Source: a virus
DNA: 64,000 nt
Reading direction: 5' to 3' (one strand)
Virus record (IMG/VR): IMGVR_UViG_3300036766_002288
Location: 64,001-128,000 of that record
Shown here: piece after piece, positions 15,554-25,554 of the stretch
Numbering within the stretch: position 1 is the stretch's first letter
Layout of the letters: every line of letters starts with the position of its first letter
Translations under genes and position numbers: made by a program
The notes under the pieces: generated by a model
Database searches by the model: none
Told to the model about the DNA's origin: nothing
What the model saw: the letters and a program-made list of their open reading frames with translations, nothing else

Positions 15554-15874
15554 ATGGAACTTCATGGTTCAGATTTAGTTTTTGAGAATGTGAAAGTACC
15601 AATTTCAGAAGATTTGGTTATACCTATAATCAAAACTCACTGGCCTGAGTTGGTCTACGAAGCAATGATGGAAAATGGTGATCTGCACTTGTTCATGCAC
15701 CCAAATCAACACGCTGAAGAATCTTGGGACGATGAAGGTTGGTCTGAAGAAAATGACATAACTTTGATTTACATGATTTGGGATGAATCGAAGGCTGAAC
15801 TGACTTTTGTGATTGACGATGAGAAGAAAAACAAGTATATCGTAGATGACATACAGAAAGGTCTTGGGTTCTAA
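15554..15874 (+). CDS. Acidic hypothetical protein
   Basis: ORF abutting upstream stop. Confidence 0.6.
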   Translation: MELHGSDLVFENVKVPISEDLVIPIIKTHWPELVYEAMMENGDLHLFMHPNQHAEESWDDEGWSEENDITLIYMIWDESKAELTFVIDDEKKNKYIVDDIQKGLGF

Positions 15875-15877
15875 ATC

Positions 15878-16315
15878 ATGCGATGGCTCTTACTTGCTTT
15901 ACTCTGCGTAGGTTGTGCAGAACTACCTTCTGCCAAAGAAAAAGAAGAAGAATTGCAAATACGTAAAAAAAGACACGATGCTGAGTGTGAGGAATGGCGG
16001 ACGAGAATTTTTGATGTAGTTAAGGTTTCGACGGAAGAAGATAAAAAATACACTGAGTCTATGCTGCATTGGTTGAATACTAATCTAGATGATCCTGATA
16101 TTGTTCAGTGGATTAGTAAGGAATACTCCAGATGCAAAAAGTATGGTACGTCAAAAACTGAAATTCTTGTAAAGATTAGGGTAATTGATAGTCAAGGGAT
16201 CAAAAAGATTCACGAGTATTATTTCATATTCGACTTTGACAAAATCCAAAATGCCTACCCCAGATATACTCACCCAAGAAAAATTACCATTATACCACCA
16301 CCCTACTTAGGTTAA
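15878..16315 (+). CDS. Putative lipoprotein
   Basis: MRWLLLALLCVGC lipobox. Confidence 0.65.
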   Translation: MRWLLLALLCVGCAELPSAKEKEEELQIRKKRHDAECEEWRTRIFDVVKVSTEEDKKYTESMLHWLNTNLDDPDIVQWISKEYSRCKKYGTSKTEILVKIRVIDSQGIKKIHEYYFIFDFDKIQNAYPRYTHPRKITIIPPPYLG

Positions 16316-16872
16316 CATGGTTGACTACGAAGGATTTCACCTTAATCAGGCAAGTGCTTTTCTCCAGTTTATCCGCACTGGCGAGAAGTTTGGGTATAGT
16401 AAATGTTGTGTATTTCAATTTGCATCTGACTCAATATCCGATAAATTGCCGTTTAAACTACGTGGTCTCATAAAAAGAGAAGATGGGAAAATCTACGTTC
16501 CATGTGACTCCTGTACAGGGTTAAGATTATGAAAGATGCTGTAACCATCTACTATTGTGGTCAAGGTTGTATCTATCGGTGTCCAGAGTGCCATAAGGCG
16601 GATAGATTGCCCTATGACAGGCCACCTGCTACAAAAACATGTCGTTTTTGTGAAAAAGAATTTGAACTCATACAAGTAAGTTCAATGAACGATGAATTGT
16701 ATGGAGTCATTCAAGAAATTAATGCTCCTGATGCTTATTGGGAAGATTAATATGTTTTGCTGGCTATTTGGACATACAATATACGTTGAAGATATGGGCG
16801 GCACTCTTATAGAATGCTGCGAGTGTTGTAATTGGGTTGGCAGATATGTAAATTACGATATAGAGGTTAAAC

Positions 16873-17361
16873 ATGAACGAGACCCTGATAAGGAAAGAAA
16901 AACTTCCGAAGGGACTTAGCTATCCTTTACAGACACAGGATATTGTTAATGGATTACATACTGAGTCCTTGGCCATTTTTTACCGTTATGATTGTAGTAA
17001 CCCAGGAAAAATGAACAAATGGACTGTAATAGATTTATTTGACTTACATTGTTATCCTGATAAAACTAGGACTCTCGTAGGTAATAATTTTTCTATAGGT
17101 ATCACTTCAATCGAATCTAAGTTAAGGAAAAAATTTAGAGAAATACTGTGTAAGGAAGTGTTGCCACTTGCAAAGACATGGCAGGAATTGAACAACAAGG
17201 GAAAAAATTTATCTGTTCATTATCGAGTATTTCAGGATGACTATCTAGGTTATGGCGGCATATATATGGAAGAAAACCGATATGGGCCTAAAAAGAAAAT
17301 CTTATATCGGAATGATAGCTTTAACATAGATGAAGATTTAAAGGTGATTTATGAAAAATAA
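16873..17361 (+). CDS. Hypothetical protein
   Basis: 162-aa ORF with GAGG SD. Confidence 0.6.
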   Translation: MNETLIRKEKLPKGLSYPLQTQDIVNGLHTESLAIFYRYDCSNPGKMNKWTVIDLFDLHCYPDKTRTLVGNNFSIGITSIESKLRKKFREILCKEVLPLAKTWQELNNKGKNLSVHYRVFQDDYLGYGGIYMEENRYGPKKKILYRNDSFNIDEDLKVIYEK

Positions 17362-17369
17362 CAAACTCC

Positions 17370-17708
17370 GTGGGTGCGAGAAGCATAAGTTTTTCTCACA
17401 CTACGGAGGTTTCTATGAAAAGGTGGCACGAAGAGTATAATGTCTTTCATCGTCAGTGGAAGATACATCGCAAGTCTCACGTTGAGTCTAATAAGGACTC
17501 AAGTAGAAATCGTATTGGCAAAGACCCATACGAAGTCGATTGTAGTTGCGATGAGCAGGTAGGTCGTTTCAGGAAAATGGATGCTTGGGATTGTGGCAAT
17601 CCACACTGTCAGGTGTGCCATTACAACAAATATCCTAAACGGGAATTGACAAATGGTGAAGTAAAGTCTAACATCTCTTTCAAGGAACAGTTGAAGGAAA
17701 GAGATTAG
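17370..17708 (+). CDS. Cys/His-rich hypothetical protein
   Basis: CGNPHCQVCH motif; true start probably the ATG after GGAGG. Confidence 0.55.
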   Translation: MGARSISFSHTTEVSMKRWHEEYNVFHRQWKIHRKSHVESNKDSSRNRIGKDPYEVDCSCDEQVGRFRKMDAWDCGNPHCQVCHYNKYPKRELTNGEVKSNISFKEQLKERD

Positions 17709-17713
17709 TTAGT

Positions 17714-17837
17714 GGCCGAATAGTCTAACGGTATGGCGGTAGAATTACATTACGTGGCTTTGGCTGAAAATGCCGATATTATAGTTTCCACATAATCCCT
17801 AATCTACAGATGGCGGGTTCAATTCCCTCTTCGGCCA
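17714..17837 (+). tRNA. tRNA (probably Val TAC) with 52-nt structured insertion in the anticodon loop
   Basis: GGCCGAA/TTCGGCC, A73, D-arm GTCTAACGGTATGGC, GTAGA/TCTAC stem enclosing 59 nt, T-loop TTCAATT. Confidence 0.75.
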
Positions 17838-18237
17838 ATTAGGAGAATTTATGACCCTTGAATACTTGCTATTTAGATTCTGTATGGCAACAGCCATATC
17901 TACAATATTCGTATTAACTTGTCTAATGGATAAGTTTCATGGTCCAGTGAGTGTAATTATTTTTACCTTGATAACCATAATGATGATTGTCAAGGCAGGA
18001 TTAGCTTATAATGACTTTCAAAGAAGAACTGACGTATAAAATAGAAGTATACCTTAAAGGTTGGATTACTATTAGGGAATTGAACGCTTGGCTTGCTCCA
18101 ACTGGCTGGGATATCCATTTGTGGGGCACGCCCGAGGAACAAGAGATGTGTTATTCCACTTCTCTATACATATGGGAATACAAATATTGGCCCATAAAAG
18201 AGTTTAGGGAGAAGTTAGCTAAGATAATTAACAAAAA

Positions 18238-21200
18238 TTAGGTCACGCATTTTCTAGTTATAGAAAGAATAATTTCCAAACTTACATCAGATACGCCACC
18301 TTTAAACGCCAGTCTAGTTATAGCTATAGTCTTAAACACTTGCGTTGTTCCTGCCTTAACTGATAAAACGGCATTTGGATTATCATTTATTTTAACTGAA
18401 ACGTCGTCCGTGCCATTGTTATTAATTTGGGTAAATTTAGAATACCCGCAATCTATAACAATGAAATTCGAAGCAAATGTATCAGTCGTCAAAACCATAT
18501 AGTCAGCATACACACGCTCAGGTGGTGGTTTACTTAGTATGTCCACAAACGCAATGGATGGCGGAAGTGCAAGTGTCGTAAAGTTGTCCCAATAATCACA
18601 ATCGGCAAACGTTGTATTGTCCACAGCTTCACGATTGATAAGATTAGCACCCGCATTATACATCGTTCTTTGCTTACTTGGCTGGAATATCTTACCTGTA
18701 ATCGGGTTTATGTCCAAATAACCCTGTTCTCCAACACGATTTAAATGTACATTATATAATCCACAAACAATTTCATTTGGAGTAGGCGGTGGAGGAGGTG
18801 GTGGAGAAGAAGCTGGATAAAATATCCTTACTAATCCACTGCCACCATTGCCACCATTGCCACCTCCACCACCTCCACCACCTCCACCTGCTGGAAAGCC
18901 ACTAAAACCATCTCCACCAGAGCCACTACCGCCTGGGCCACTAGGATAACCGCCACCGCTTATACCAGGACTTGTTCCTGAACCATCTCCCCCTGAACCT
19001 AATAAACCAGCACTGCCACCGCCCCCACCGCCAGCACCCGTTATACCATCGGCACCATTTCCACCACCGTTAGCTATATCTCCTATACCAGTGGGAGCGC
19101 CAGGAGCGCCAGAAGTTCCACTGGCATTACCGCCAGCTGGGGCAGTAAGTAATGGTGTAATACCATCTGTATCATAAAATACGGTAGTGCCACTTGAGGC
19201 AACAGTGATAAAATAAACTTCGCCAGGAACTACATCAATAGTAATTTGTGAAAAAGCACCACCACCGCCACCGCCACCGCCTGGACCACTTAAACCTGCA
19301 CCGCCAAGGCCACCATTGCCAGGAGTTCCGCTACCACCACCATTAGTGCCACCTGCGCCAGGAGAATCAGTAGTAGAATTACCACCGTTTCCACCAGCAC
19401 CAGCACCACCAGCGGCACCGCCACCGCCTGCACCACCACTACTGGTAGCACTACCGCCTGCACCACCACTATAATTAACATCTCCTGTACCATCAGCTGC
19501 GGAGCCACCTAGTCCCCCTGCCCCGCCGACTGCACCATTTCCCCCAAAAGCTTGGGCTAATGGAGTAATTCCGTTTGTATCAAAAAATGTAGAAGTACCG
19601 CCCGCGCCGCCTACGGTTCCGCCAGCACCTACTTGAATATTATAATCTTGGGAGCCTTCTAAGCCTACATCAAATGTCGTTGTAGCATACGCACCACCGC
19701 CACCACCGCCACCTGCTGCTCCACCACCGCCCCCACCGATAACTTCTACAGTTATGGTCCAGCTGCCAGGAGGTATAGTAACTATATTAGAGCCTGGAGT
19801 TGTAAAAGTAAAAATAATAGGTGGGTCAAACCCATCAGTATAAGAAACAATCACAATGCCAGTAGCCCCATTGCCAGAAGTTCCGCCAAAAGCAGCACCA
19901 CCGCCACCACCACCAACAACATTACCATTAGCGCCATCACTGCTACCTCCACCACTGCCAGAGCTACCAACACCGCCTGGACCAGTTCCTTGAACAATTA
20001 TGGAATTAATTCCAGGAGGAACAGTCCAAGTAGTTGAACTAACAATATTATTAAAATTTTGCGGGTTACTATTATTGGTTGTTATTTGTAATATGCCTTG
20101 TGCCCCAAGACCACCTGCCTGTATTGTGAATGGCGCGCCACCACCACCACCACCACCACCACCTGGGATGACGCCTGGAAGACCTATGGCCCCAGCAAGT
20201 CCACCACCGCCACCAGCACCAGGAATAAGACTACCGCCACCAACGGCGCTTCCGCCGTCGCCGCCAGCACCAGTATCCCCAGCGATACCAACGTTACCAC
20301 TAATGCCTGAAAACACTGAGGAATTACCTATTGAATAATATGCATTACCACCAGCACCAGGCAACGCCATTTGAGCTTGACTACCAACCGCAGCATAAAG
20401 TTTAAAATCGTTTAAAGTTATTGTTGGCAAATATGGTTCAGGAACATCAACAAATGCAGTTCCCCCAGAAGGTTGTGCAGGAACATACACTGAGTATGTT
20501 CTACCTGGGATAACAGATAGTATTGATTCAGCATAAGCTCCACCACCGCCGCCACCGCCGCCACTATTATTGTCACCACTAGCTCCACTACCACCATGAC
20601 CTATCGCTTGTATAGTAGCACCAGTTTGGTTTGCACCAGGAGTCCAAGTACGGGAACCTACCTGAGTAAACACCAATGGATTAGTAGGGTCAGCATAAGT
20701 TAATCTAATGAAACCTGGACCGCCAAGGACGCCGAGACCTGTAATACCGCCACCACCTCCACCACCGCCAAAACTATATCCATCTATATTAGCTGGGGGA
20801 AATCCGCCATTTAGACTTCCTGCTCCACCATTACCACCATTTTGGCCAGGATCGCCACCATATAAACCACCAATATTGTTAGTAGTAGTATGACCAATGC
20901 CAACTTCACCAGCAGAACCGCCACCACCTCCACCAATGCCGCCACTTTGATTAGCACCACCGCCGCCGTCGTATGTTATATCGCCTATAGAACTTGAGGC
21001 TAAACCGCCACCACCTCCTATAGTGCCAGCGGCATTAACACCAGCATCTGCTTTAACTAATTCATCAAGACCATTAGTATCATAGAAAATACTATTTGGA
21101 TTGCCACCAAACTGTCCAATATGAACAAAGTATGTTGCCCCCGAAGTTACAGCGACAGTTTTAGCAGCATAGGCACCGCCACCGCCGCCGCCACCACCAG

Positions 21201-22821
21201 AGCCGATTGTATCTCCATCGCCACCTAATCCACCTATTCCTACTGCCTCAACAACTACGGATGTGACTCCTATTGGCGCAGTCCAAGTAAAATCATAAGT
21301 ATAAAAATTGGTAAAATTTAATTGGACTATTGAAGTTGGTGGTGGAGGTGCTGGTGGGCCGTTATATAATAATTGCACAAGACCATTAGCACCTGCACCA
21401 CCTGGGAAGCCATTAGCACCCCCGCCGCCACCGCCGCCATTAGTGCCAGAATTGCCAGGCAGTCCTGCATTACCACCATTACCGCCCGTGCCAGCTAACG
21501 TACCAAAGAAAGAACCTGGATTTCCACCGAAACCACCTGTTATGTTGTTTGATGGTTGACCACCCCAAGTGCCGCCGATATATGTAGTACCACCACTGGC
21601 ACCACCGCCTGAGCCTGGAATGAATATATTACCAGTGCCACCACCGTTACCGCCTGGACTAATATAAGTGCCTGTACAATTTGCTGGTACAGCAACACAA
21701 CCACCTGTCCCACCTGTAGTAGGGTTCCCTGCTGCTGCACCGCCACCAGATTGCACTAGTGGTGTAATGCCATTAGTGTCGAAAAAAGTAGTTGAAGCAC
21801 CAGGATTACCAGGGGTTCCACCTACACCAACAGTAATATTATAAGTTAGACCTGGCGTGGTCGCTACTACTCTTTGTGAATAAGCACCACCTCCACCACC
21901 AGAGCCTCCAACACCGCCAGAACCTGTACCACCACCACCTCCACCACCAATTGTCTGTACTACTACAGAAGAAACACCTGGGGGTGCAACCCACGGAGTT
22001 GGGGGACCGCCACCACCAAAAGTTTCTGTTGTTGCGGTAGGAAAATATGTTAAACGAATAACACCTTGCGCACCACTTTCGCCAAGTGAATTAAAATGTT
22101 GACTTATTGCACCGCCGCCACCGCCACCACCATAAAAACTGCCTGGGGTTCCTGGTATGCCTGTAAGTGATCCTGGGCCACTACATGCTGGGAAAGCCCC
22201 CTCATATATTCCACCAGCGCCAGTTCCACCATCTCCACCTAAACTACCACCCTTTGAGCCGCCAGCACCGCCAATACCACCAAAATCACCCGAAACAGCG
22301 CCTCCATCTTGACCTACATGCCCTAATCCTGCATTATCTGCGGCACCACCACCGCCGCCGCCGCCTGGACCGATACAAGATGCACCACCTGTAGTGCCAC
22401 CACCACTTCCACCACTTCCACCACTTCTCCTAATATCACCTAGACAGTCTACATCAAGACCACCAGCACCAGCTGGCGGTCCTGTTCCAAAAGCATCGCC
22501 GCCACTATGACCTCCTACAGATACTACTTTAGGATTTGATGCTATGTCTGAAAAAACAGTGTAACCAAATGCCCCTGAACCACTACACCCGCCCCTGCCC
22601 GCATTTTTAAATCCATTATATACATCGCCTGGTATTACATCCACTACACTAGCACTATAAGCACCACCGCCGCCACCGCCACCGCTATTGGCACTGCTTA
22701 AATAAGAACCGCAACCACCACCACCACCAGGGCCAATACATTCAACAAAAACACTAATTACATTAGCTGGAACTGTCCACTGATCGGTTTCATCTGGAGT
22801 CGATAAAAGTAAAACTGTCAT
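18238..22821 (-). CDS. Large glycine-rich repeat protein, probable fibre/virion structural protein
   Basis: About six WTxPxGVxSVxVxxxGxGGGGG...GGGGGAY...GxVRLxY modules; TAAATA 5 nt upstream of ATG. Confidence 0.8.
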   Translation of the reverse strand: MTVLLLSTPDETDQWTVPANVISVFVECIGPGGGGGCGSYLSSANSGGGGGGGAYSASVVDVIPGDVYNGFKNAGRGGCSGSGAFGYTVFSDIASNPKVVSVGGHSGGDAFGTGPPAGAGGLDVDCLGDIRRSGGSGGSGGGTTGGASCIGPGGGGGGGAADNAGLGHVGQDGGAVSGDFGGIGGAGGSKGGSLGGDGGTGAGGIYEGAFPACSGPGSLTGIPGTPGSFYGGGGGGGAISQHFNSLGESGAQGVIRLTYFPTATTETFGGGGPPTPWVAPPGVSSVVVQTIGGGGGGGTGSGGVGGSGGGGGAYSQRVVATTPGLTYNITVGVGGTPGNPGASTTFFDTNGITPLVQSGGGAAAGNPTTGGTGGCVAVPANCTGTYISPGGNGGGTGNIFIPGSGGGASGGTTYIGGTWGGQPSNNITGGFGGNPGSFFGTLAGTGGNGGNAGLPGNSGTNGGGGGGGANGFPGGAGANGLVQLLYNGPPAPPPPTSIVQLNFTNFYTYDFTWTAPIGVTSVVVEAVGIGGLGGDGDTIGSGGGGGGGGAYAAKTVAVTSGATYFVHIGQFGGNPNSIFYDTNGLDELVKADAGVNAAGTIGGGGGLASSSIGDITYDGGGGANQSGGIGGGGGGSAGEVGIGHTTTNNIGGLYGGDPGQNGGNGGAGSLNGGFPPANIDGYSFGGGGGGGGITGLGVLGGPGFIRLTYADPTNPLVFTQVGSRTWTPGANQTGATIQAIGHGGSGASGDNNSGGGGGGGGAYAESILSVIPGRTYSVYVPAQPSGGTAFVDVPEPYLPTITLNDFKLYAAVGSQAQMALPGAGGNAYYSIGNSSVFSGISGNVGIAGDTGAGGDGGSAVGGGSLIPGAGGGGGLAGAIGLPGVIPGGGGGGGGGAPFTIQAGGLGAQGILQITTNNSNPQNFNNIVSSTTWTVPPGINSIIVQGTGPGGVGSSGSGGGSSDGANGNVVGGGGGGAAFGGTSGNGATGIVIVSYTDGFDPPIIFTFTTPGSNIVTIPPGSWTITVEVIGGGGGGAAGGGGGGGAYATTTFDVGLEGSQDYNIQVGAGGTVGGAGGTSTFFDTNGITPLAQAFGGNGAVGGAGGLGGSAADGTGDVNYSGGAGGSATSSGGAGGGGAAGGAGAGGNGGNSTTDSPGAGGTNGGGSGTPGNGGLGGAGLSGPGGGGGGGGAFSQITIDVVPGEVYFITVASSGTTVFYDTDGITPLLTAPAGGNASGTSGAPGAPTGIGDIANGGGNGADGITGAGGGGGGSAGLLGSGGDGSGTSPGISGGGYPSGPGGSGSGGDGFSGFPAGGGGGGGGGGNGGNGGSGLVRIFYPASSPPPPPPPTPNEIVCGLYNVHLNRVGEQGYLDINPITGKIFQPSKQRTMYNAGANLINREAVDNTTFADCDYWDNFTTLALPPSIAFVDILSKPPPERVYADYMVLTTDTFASNFIVIDCGYSKFTQINNNGTDDVSVKINDNPNAVLSVKAGTTQVFKTIAITRLAFKGGVSDVSLEIILSITRKCVT

Positions 22822-23056
22822 AAGGCTATTTATGGCAGCAATAACGTAAAATGGTGTTGATTTATTTTATTATTTGTGTTAACATTCAATGGGAACAAAA
22901 ATCCCAAGGCTTGGTTTCGCCACAAAAATTAATGCAAAAATTTTTGTAATCGAAAATCATAGTTTTCCAAGCAAATGACCACCAAATTCTGTATTTATCT
23001 GAATAGGCCCAGCCGAATGTCATGAATGTGAACATATATTATTTAGGTAAAATTTA

Positions 23057-23233
23057 ATGGAAATTACTCCTCAAGAAGGTGGATGTTGGTATTGTCATAA
23101 AAAAGATGAATTCCTAATATTCTCCCGCGAATTTGACACCTACCTCCACATTAAATGTTTGAAAAAAGCACTAGCTGACGATCCTAGAGATAGGGAAGCA
23201 AAGATAATGATGCGAGAGTTTGAATACGATTAA
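23057..23233 (+). CDS. Small hypothetical protein (58 aa, not in ORF track)
   Basis: MEITPQEGGCWYCH...HIKC; AGG upstream. Confidence 0.5.
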   Translation: MEITPQEGGCWYCHKKDEFLIFSREFDTYLHIKCLKKALADDPRDREAKIMMREFEYD

Positions 23234-23667
23234 CGATTGACGAAGAACGCTATATTGCCAGTCTTATCCTGGTAGAAATGAACACCACGTCCTGCACCCA
23301 TAGCATATTGCGCACTTGGTTGTAATGGTAATTCTCCAGTTTTGATTTTACGACTTATTGCTTGAACTAAGGCCGTATCTGGTAGATTTCTAAGTGTCCC
23401 ATTAGTTGGCATTCCAGGCATTTTACTTAAATAAGTCTTAATGCCAGTTTCAATGCTATTCATATCTTGATAACCTTGCTGCTGCTGCTGATATGGCTTG
23501 GCTTGTTGATTAGGCTGGCCTGCTTGGGGAGCTACATTTTTCTGTTGATTTTGGGCTTTCCAGAATCGTTGATAGGAAGGATTAGCCCACATTGCTGGGT
23601 CAACACCTTGGGGTGCTGGTTCACTTGTCATCATTTCAGCTTCTACAAAGTCTTTGAAACTTAACAT
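23230..23667 (-). CDS. Gln-rich protein with capsid-targeting-like N-terminus
   Basis: MLSFKDFVEAE; TATATA 6 nt upstream. Confidence 0.65.
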   Translation of the reverse strand: MLSFKDFVEAEMMTSEPAPQGVDPAMWANPSYQRFWKAQNQQKNVAPQAGQPNQQAKPYQQQQQGYQDMNSIETGIKTYLSKMPGMPTNGTLRNLPDTALVQAISRKIKTGELPLQPSAQYAMGAGRGVHFYQDKTGNIAFFVNR

Positions 23668-23687
23668 ATAACTTATATATATGTCAT

Positions 23688-23912
23688 ATGAGATTTTTCG
23701 AAGTATTAGATTTGATGCAAGGTGATTACCAAGTCTATGGAATAGACACTTTAGGCGGTCACAAATTCATCTGGGGTGGAAATGATATCAACCAAGCCAA
23801 GCGAATTGCGTGGGACAATAAGAACAAATATTACGACACCACGATCAAATATAGGGGTAAAGAACTCCCAAAAGCTGGCAAATTAACTCCTAAACTACCT
23901 TACAATTATTAA
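23688..23912 (+). CDS. Small hypothetical protein
   Basis: Divergent from 23667, shares the TATATA element. Confidence 0.55.
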   Translation: MRFFEVLDLMQGDYQVYGIDTLGGHKFIWGGNDINQAKRIAWDNKNKYYDTTIKYRGKELPKAGKLTPKLPYNY

Positions 23913-24555
23913 GAAAGTTAGCTACAGAACCAGTTGGCACACTATCTATACGCTTAGCTGGCGAGCCTATATAAACACCTTTTTCTGACAAATCTGCTGT
24001 CACTAAAGCATTAGCCCCAATAATTATGTTATTCCCGATAGTAATATCGTCTTTAATCACACAGCCAGCACCAAAAAAGTTTGAATTGCCTATTTTACAG
24101 TTACCACAAATAATAGCACCTGGACCGACATGATTGTACGAACCTAGCATAGTGTGGTGGCCAATTGACGCATTGCGATTGATGTAGTTAAAGTCTCCAA
24201 GATTTGCTTTGGCTGCTACGGTAGAATGTGGCCCAAAATAGTTCCCAAAACCCACTCCAACATTCATGCATACCCAAGAACGAGCATGGGTCAAATTATT
24301 AAAGTGTTTGGGTTCTTTCCCAATCTGTCCCAAAAACTTAGACTTATTTGGGTCAACGAACCCAAATATTCTTTTTTCAAATTCGTAAGAAATTGGCATA
24401 GCCAAATATTTTTTAACAGTTATTGGTTTAGAATAACCAAAATCGACTTTACTCTTTTGGTTTAGAACGATTTGTCCTAAGCTTTCTTCATTGGAGCTAA
24501 TAGCATCAATAATATCCCAAACTAAGTCTCCAGCACCAAATATGGTCCATGACAT
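23890..24555 (-). CDS. Hexapeptide-repeat sugar O/N-acetyltransferase (NeuD/PglD-like)
   Basis: IFGAG N-terminus, left-handed beta-helix repeats, GVYIGSPAK. Confidence 0.85.
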   Translation of the reverse strand: MSWTIFGAGDLVWDIIDAISSNEESLGQIVLNQKSKVDFGYSKPITVKKYLAMPISYEFEKRIFGFVDPNKSKFLGQIGKEPKHFNNLTHARSWVCMNVGVGFGNYFGPHSTVAAKANLGDFNYINRNASIGHHTMLGSYNHVGPGAIICGNCKIGNSNFFGAGCVIKDDITIGNNIIIGANALVTADLSEKGVYIGSPAKRIDSVPTGSVANFLNNCKVV

Positions 24556-25213
24556 GGATAAATACCTTATGTTTTGTGTAATAACACCTGTTTTTGATGG
24601 TTGTGCTGAATCTGTAAATCTCTTAATTCAGGATTTACTGAGACAGACCTTCCCTAATTTCCAACAAGTGTTAATTAGCAACGGTCCTTCGCCAAGAATA
24701 AAAGAATTAGTAGAAAAAGTCAATGATAATAGATTCATTTACAAAGAATATTATCCACAAGAAGATACATCAACACCGCCTAAACTAATCGAGAATATAG
24801 GTAAAAGAAGAAATCAGTGTATGAGCAGTTTTGATGCAGACAGATACTTCTTTTTCGACGCTGATTTAAAGATATTAGATGAGGATTTCTTTAACAAGAC
24901 CAGCAAAGTTCATGATAAGGCAGACATACTTATAAGTAAAATCATATGTTATGGCAGAATATTGCCAGAAATGCCTATTAAAAAAGGACACATTGACTTG
25001 GCAAATTATTCATTTTCTAGAAAAATAGCTCAAAAATATAGTTATCCAACGGTATACGAACAGGCAACTGATATCTCATTTGATTGGCGGTTCTACACAA
25101 AGATAAAAAACGAAGGGAATTACTTCACTGATATTTTGTATGCCCACAAAGACGGACATAATAGCTATCAGAACCTTAGTTTGTTATACATAAAATGGGT
25201 AAACACTAGATAG
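24554..25213 (+). CDS. Glycosyltransferase family 2-like
   Basis: VITPVFD...LLRQTFPNF..VLISNG...RNQ...FFFDAD (DxD). Confidence 0.8.
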   Translation: MDKYLMFCVITPVFDGCAESVNLLIQDLLRQTFPNFQQVLISNGPSPRIKELVEKVNDNRFIYKEYYPQEDTSTPPKLIENIGKRRNQCMSSFDADRYFFFDADLKILDEDFFNKTSKVHDKADILISKIICYGRILPEMPIKKGHIDLANYSFSRKIAQKYSYPTVYEQATDISFDWRFYTKIKNEGNYFTDILYAHKDGHNSYQNLSLLYIKWVNTR

Positions 25214-25523
25214 GCCATCTAACTAAGTAAAGATTAAACAGCCAGTCGATCATGGCTGTATAGTAAACAACTACACCCAGGAACATAATATAAACACAAT
25301 AATCACTTTCTTTATAATGATAGCAGACAATAAATGACGTGTAGACAACTACTCTACTAACCCAAACGGCGGTATATATACCAAACACTTTGATGCAATA
25401 TGACATCAATGGGAAAGTTTCATTTTCCCATTGATTTCCAATGTAACGTGTGGTAAGCTCCATGTCTATTGTGTGTATTAGGACTAAAAGTAGAAGAAAC
25501 AACCAGAAAAGAAAAGTTTTCAT
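25206..25523 (-). CDS. Small integral membrane protein
   Basis: Three hydrophobic segments; HTIDMELT..GNQWENE motif. Confidence 0.6.
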   Translation of the reverse strand: MKTFLFWLFLLLLVLIHTIDMELTTRYIGNQWENETFPLMSYCIKVFGIYTAVWVSRVVVYTSFIVCYHYKESDYCVYIMFLGVVVYYTAMIDWLFNLYLVRWPI

Positions 25524-25554
25524 CTCTACTATATAAGGAATAGGAGATAGTAAA

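Noticed and set aside
14929-17802. Group I intron or strict bulge-helix-bulge intron for the two tRNA insertions
   Set aside because: 21 and 52 nt are too short for a ribozyme core, and I could not draw two 3-nt bulges on opposite strands around a 4-bp helix.
919-22394. Pro-rich antisense ORFs (919, 13909, 20000, 20098, 20708, 21308, 22167)
   Set aside because: Shadows of GGN-rich Gly codons on the coding strand.
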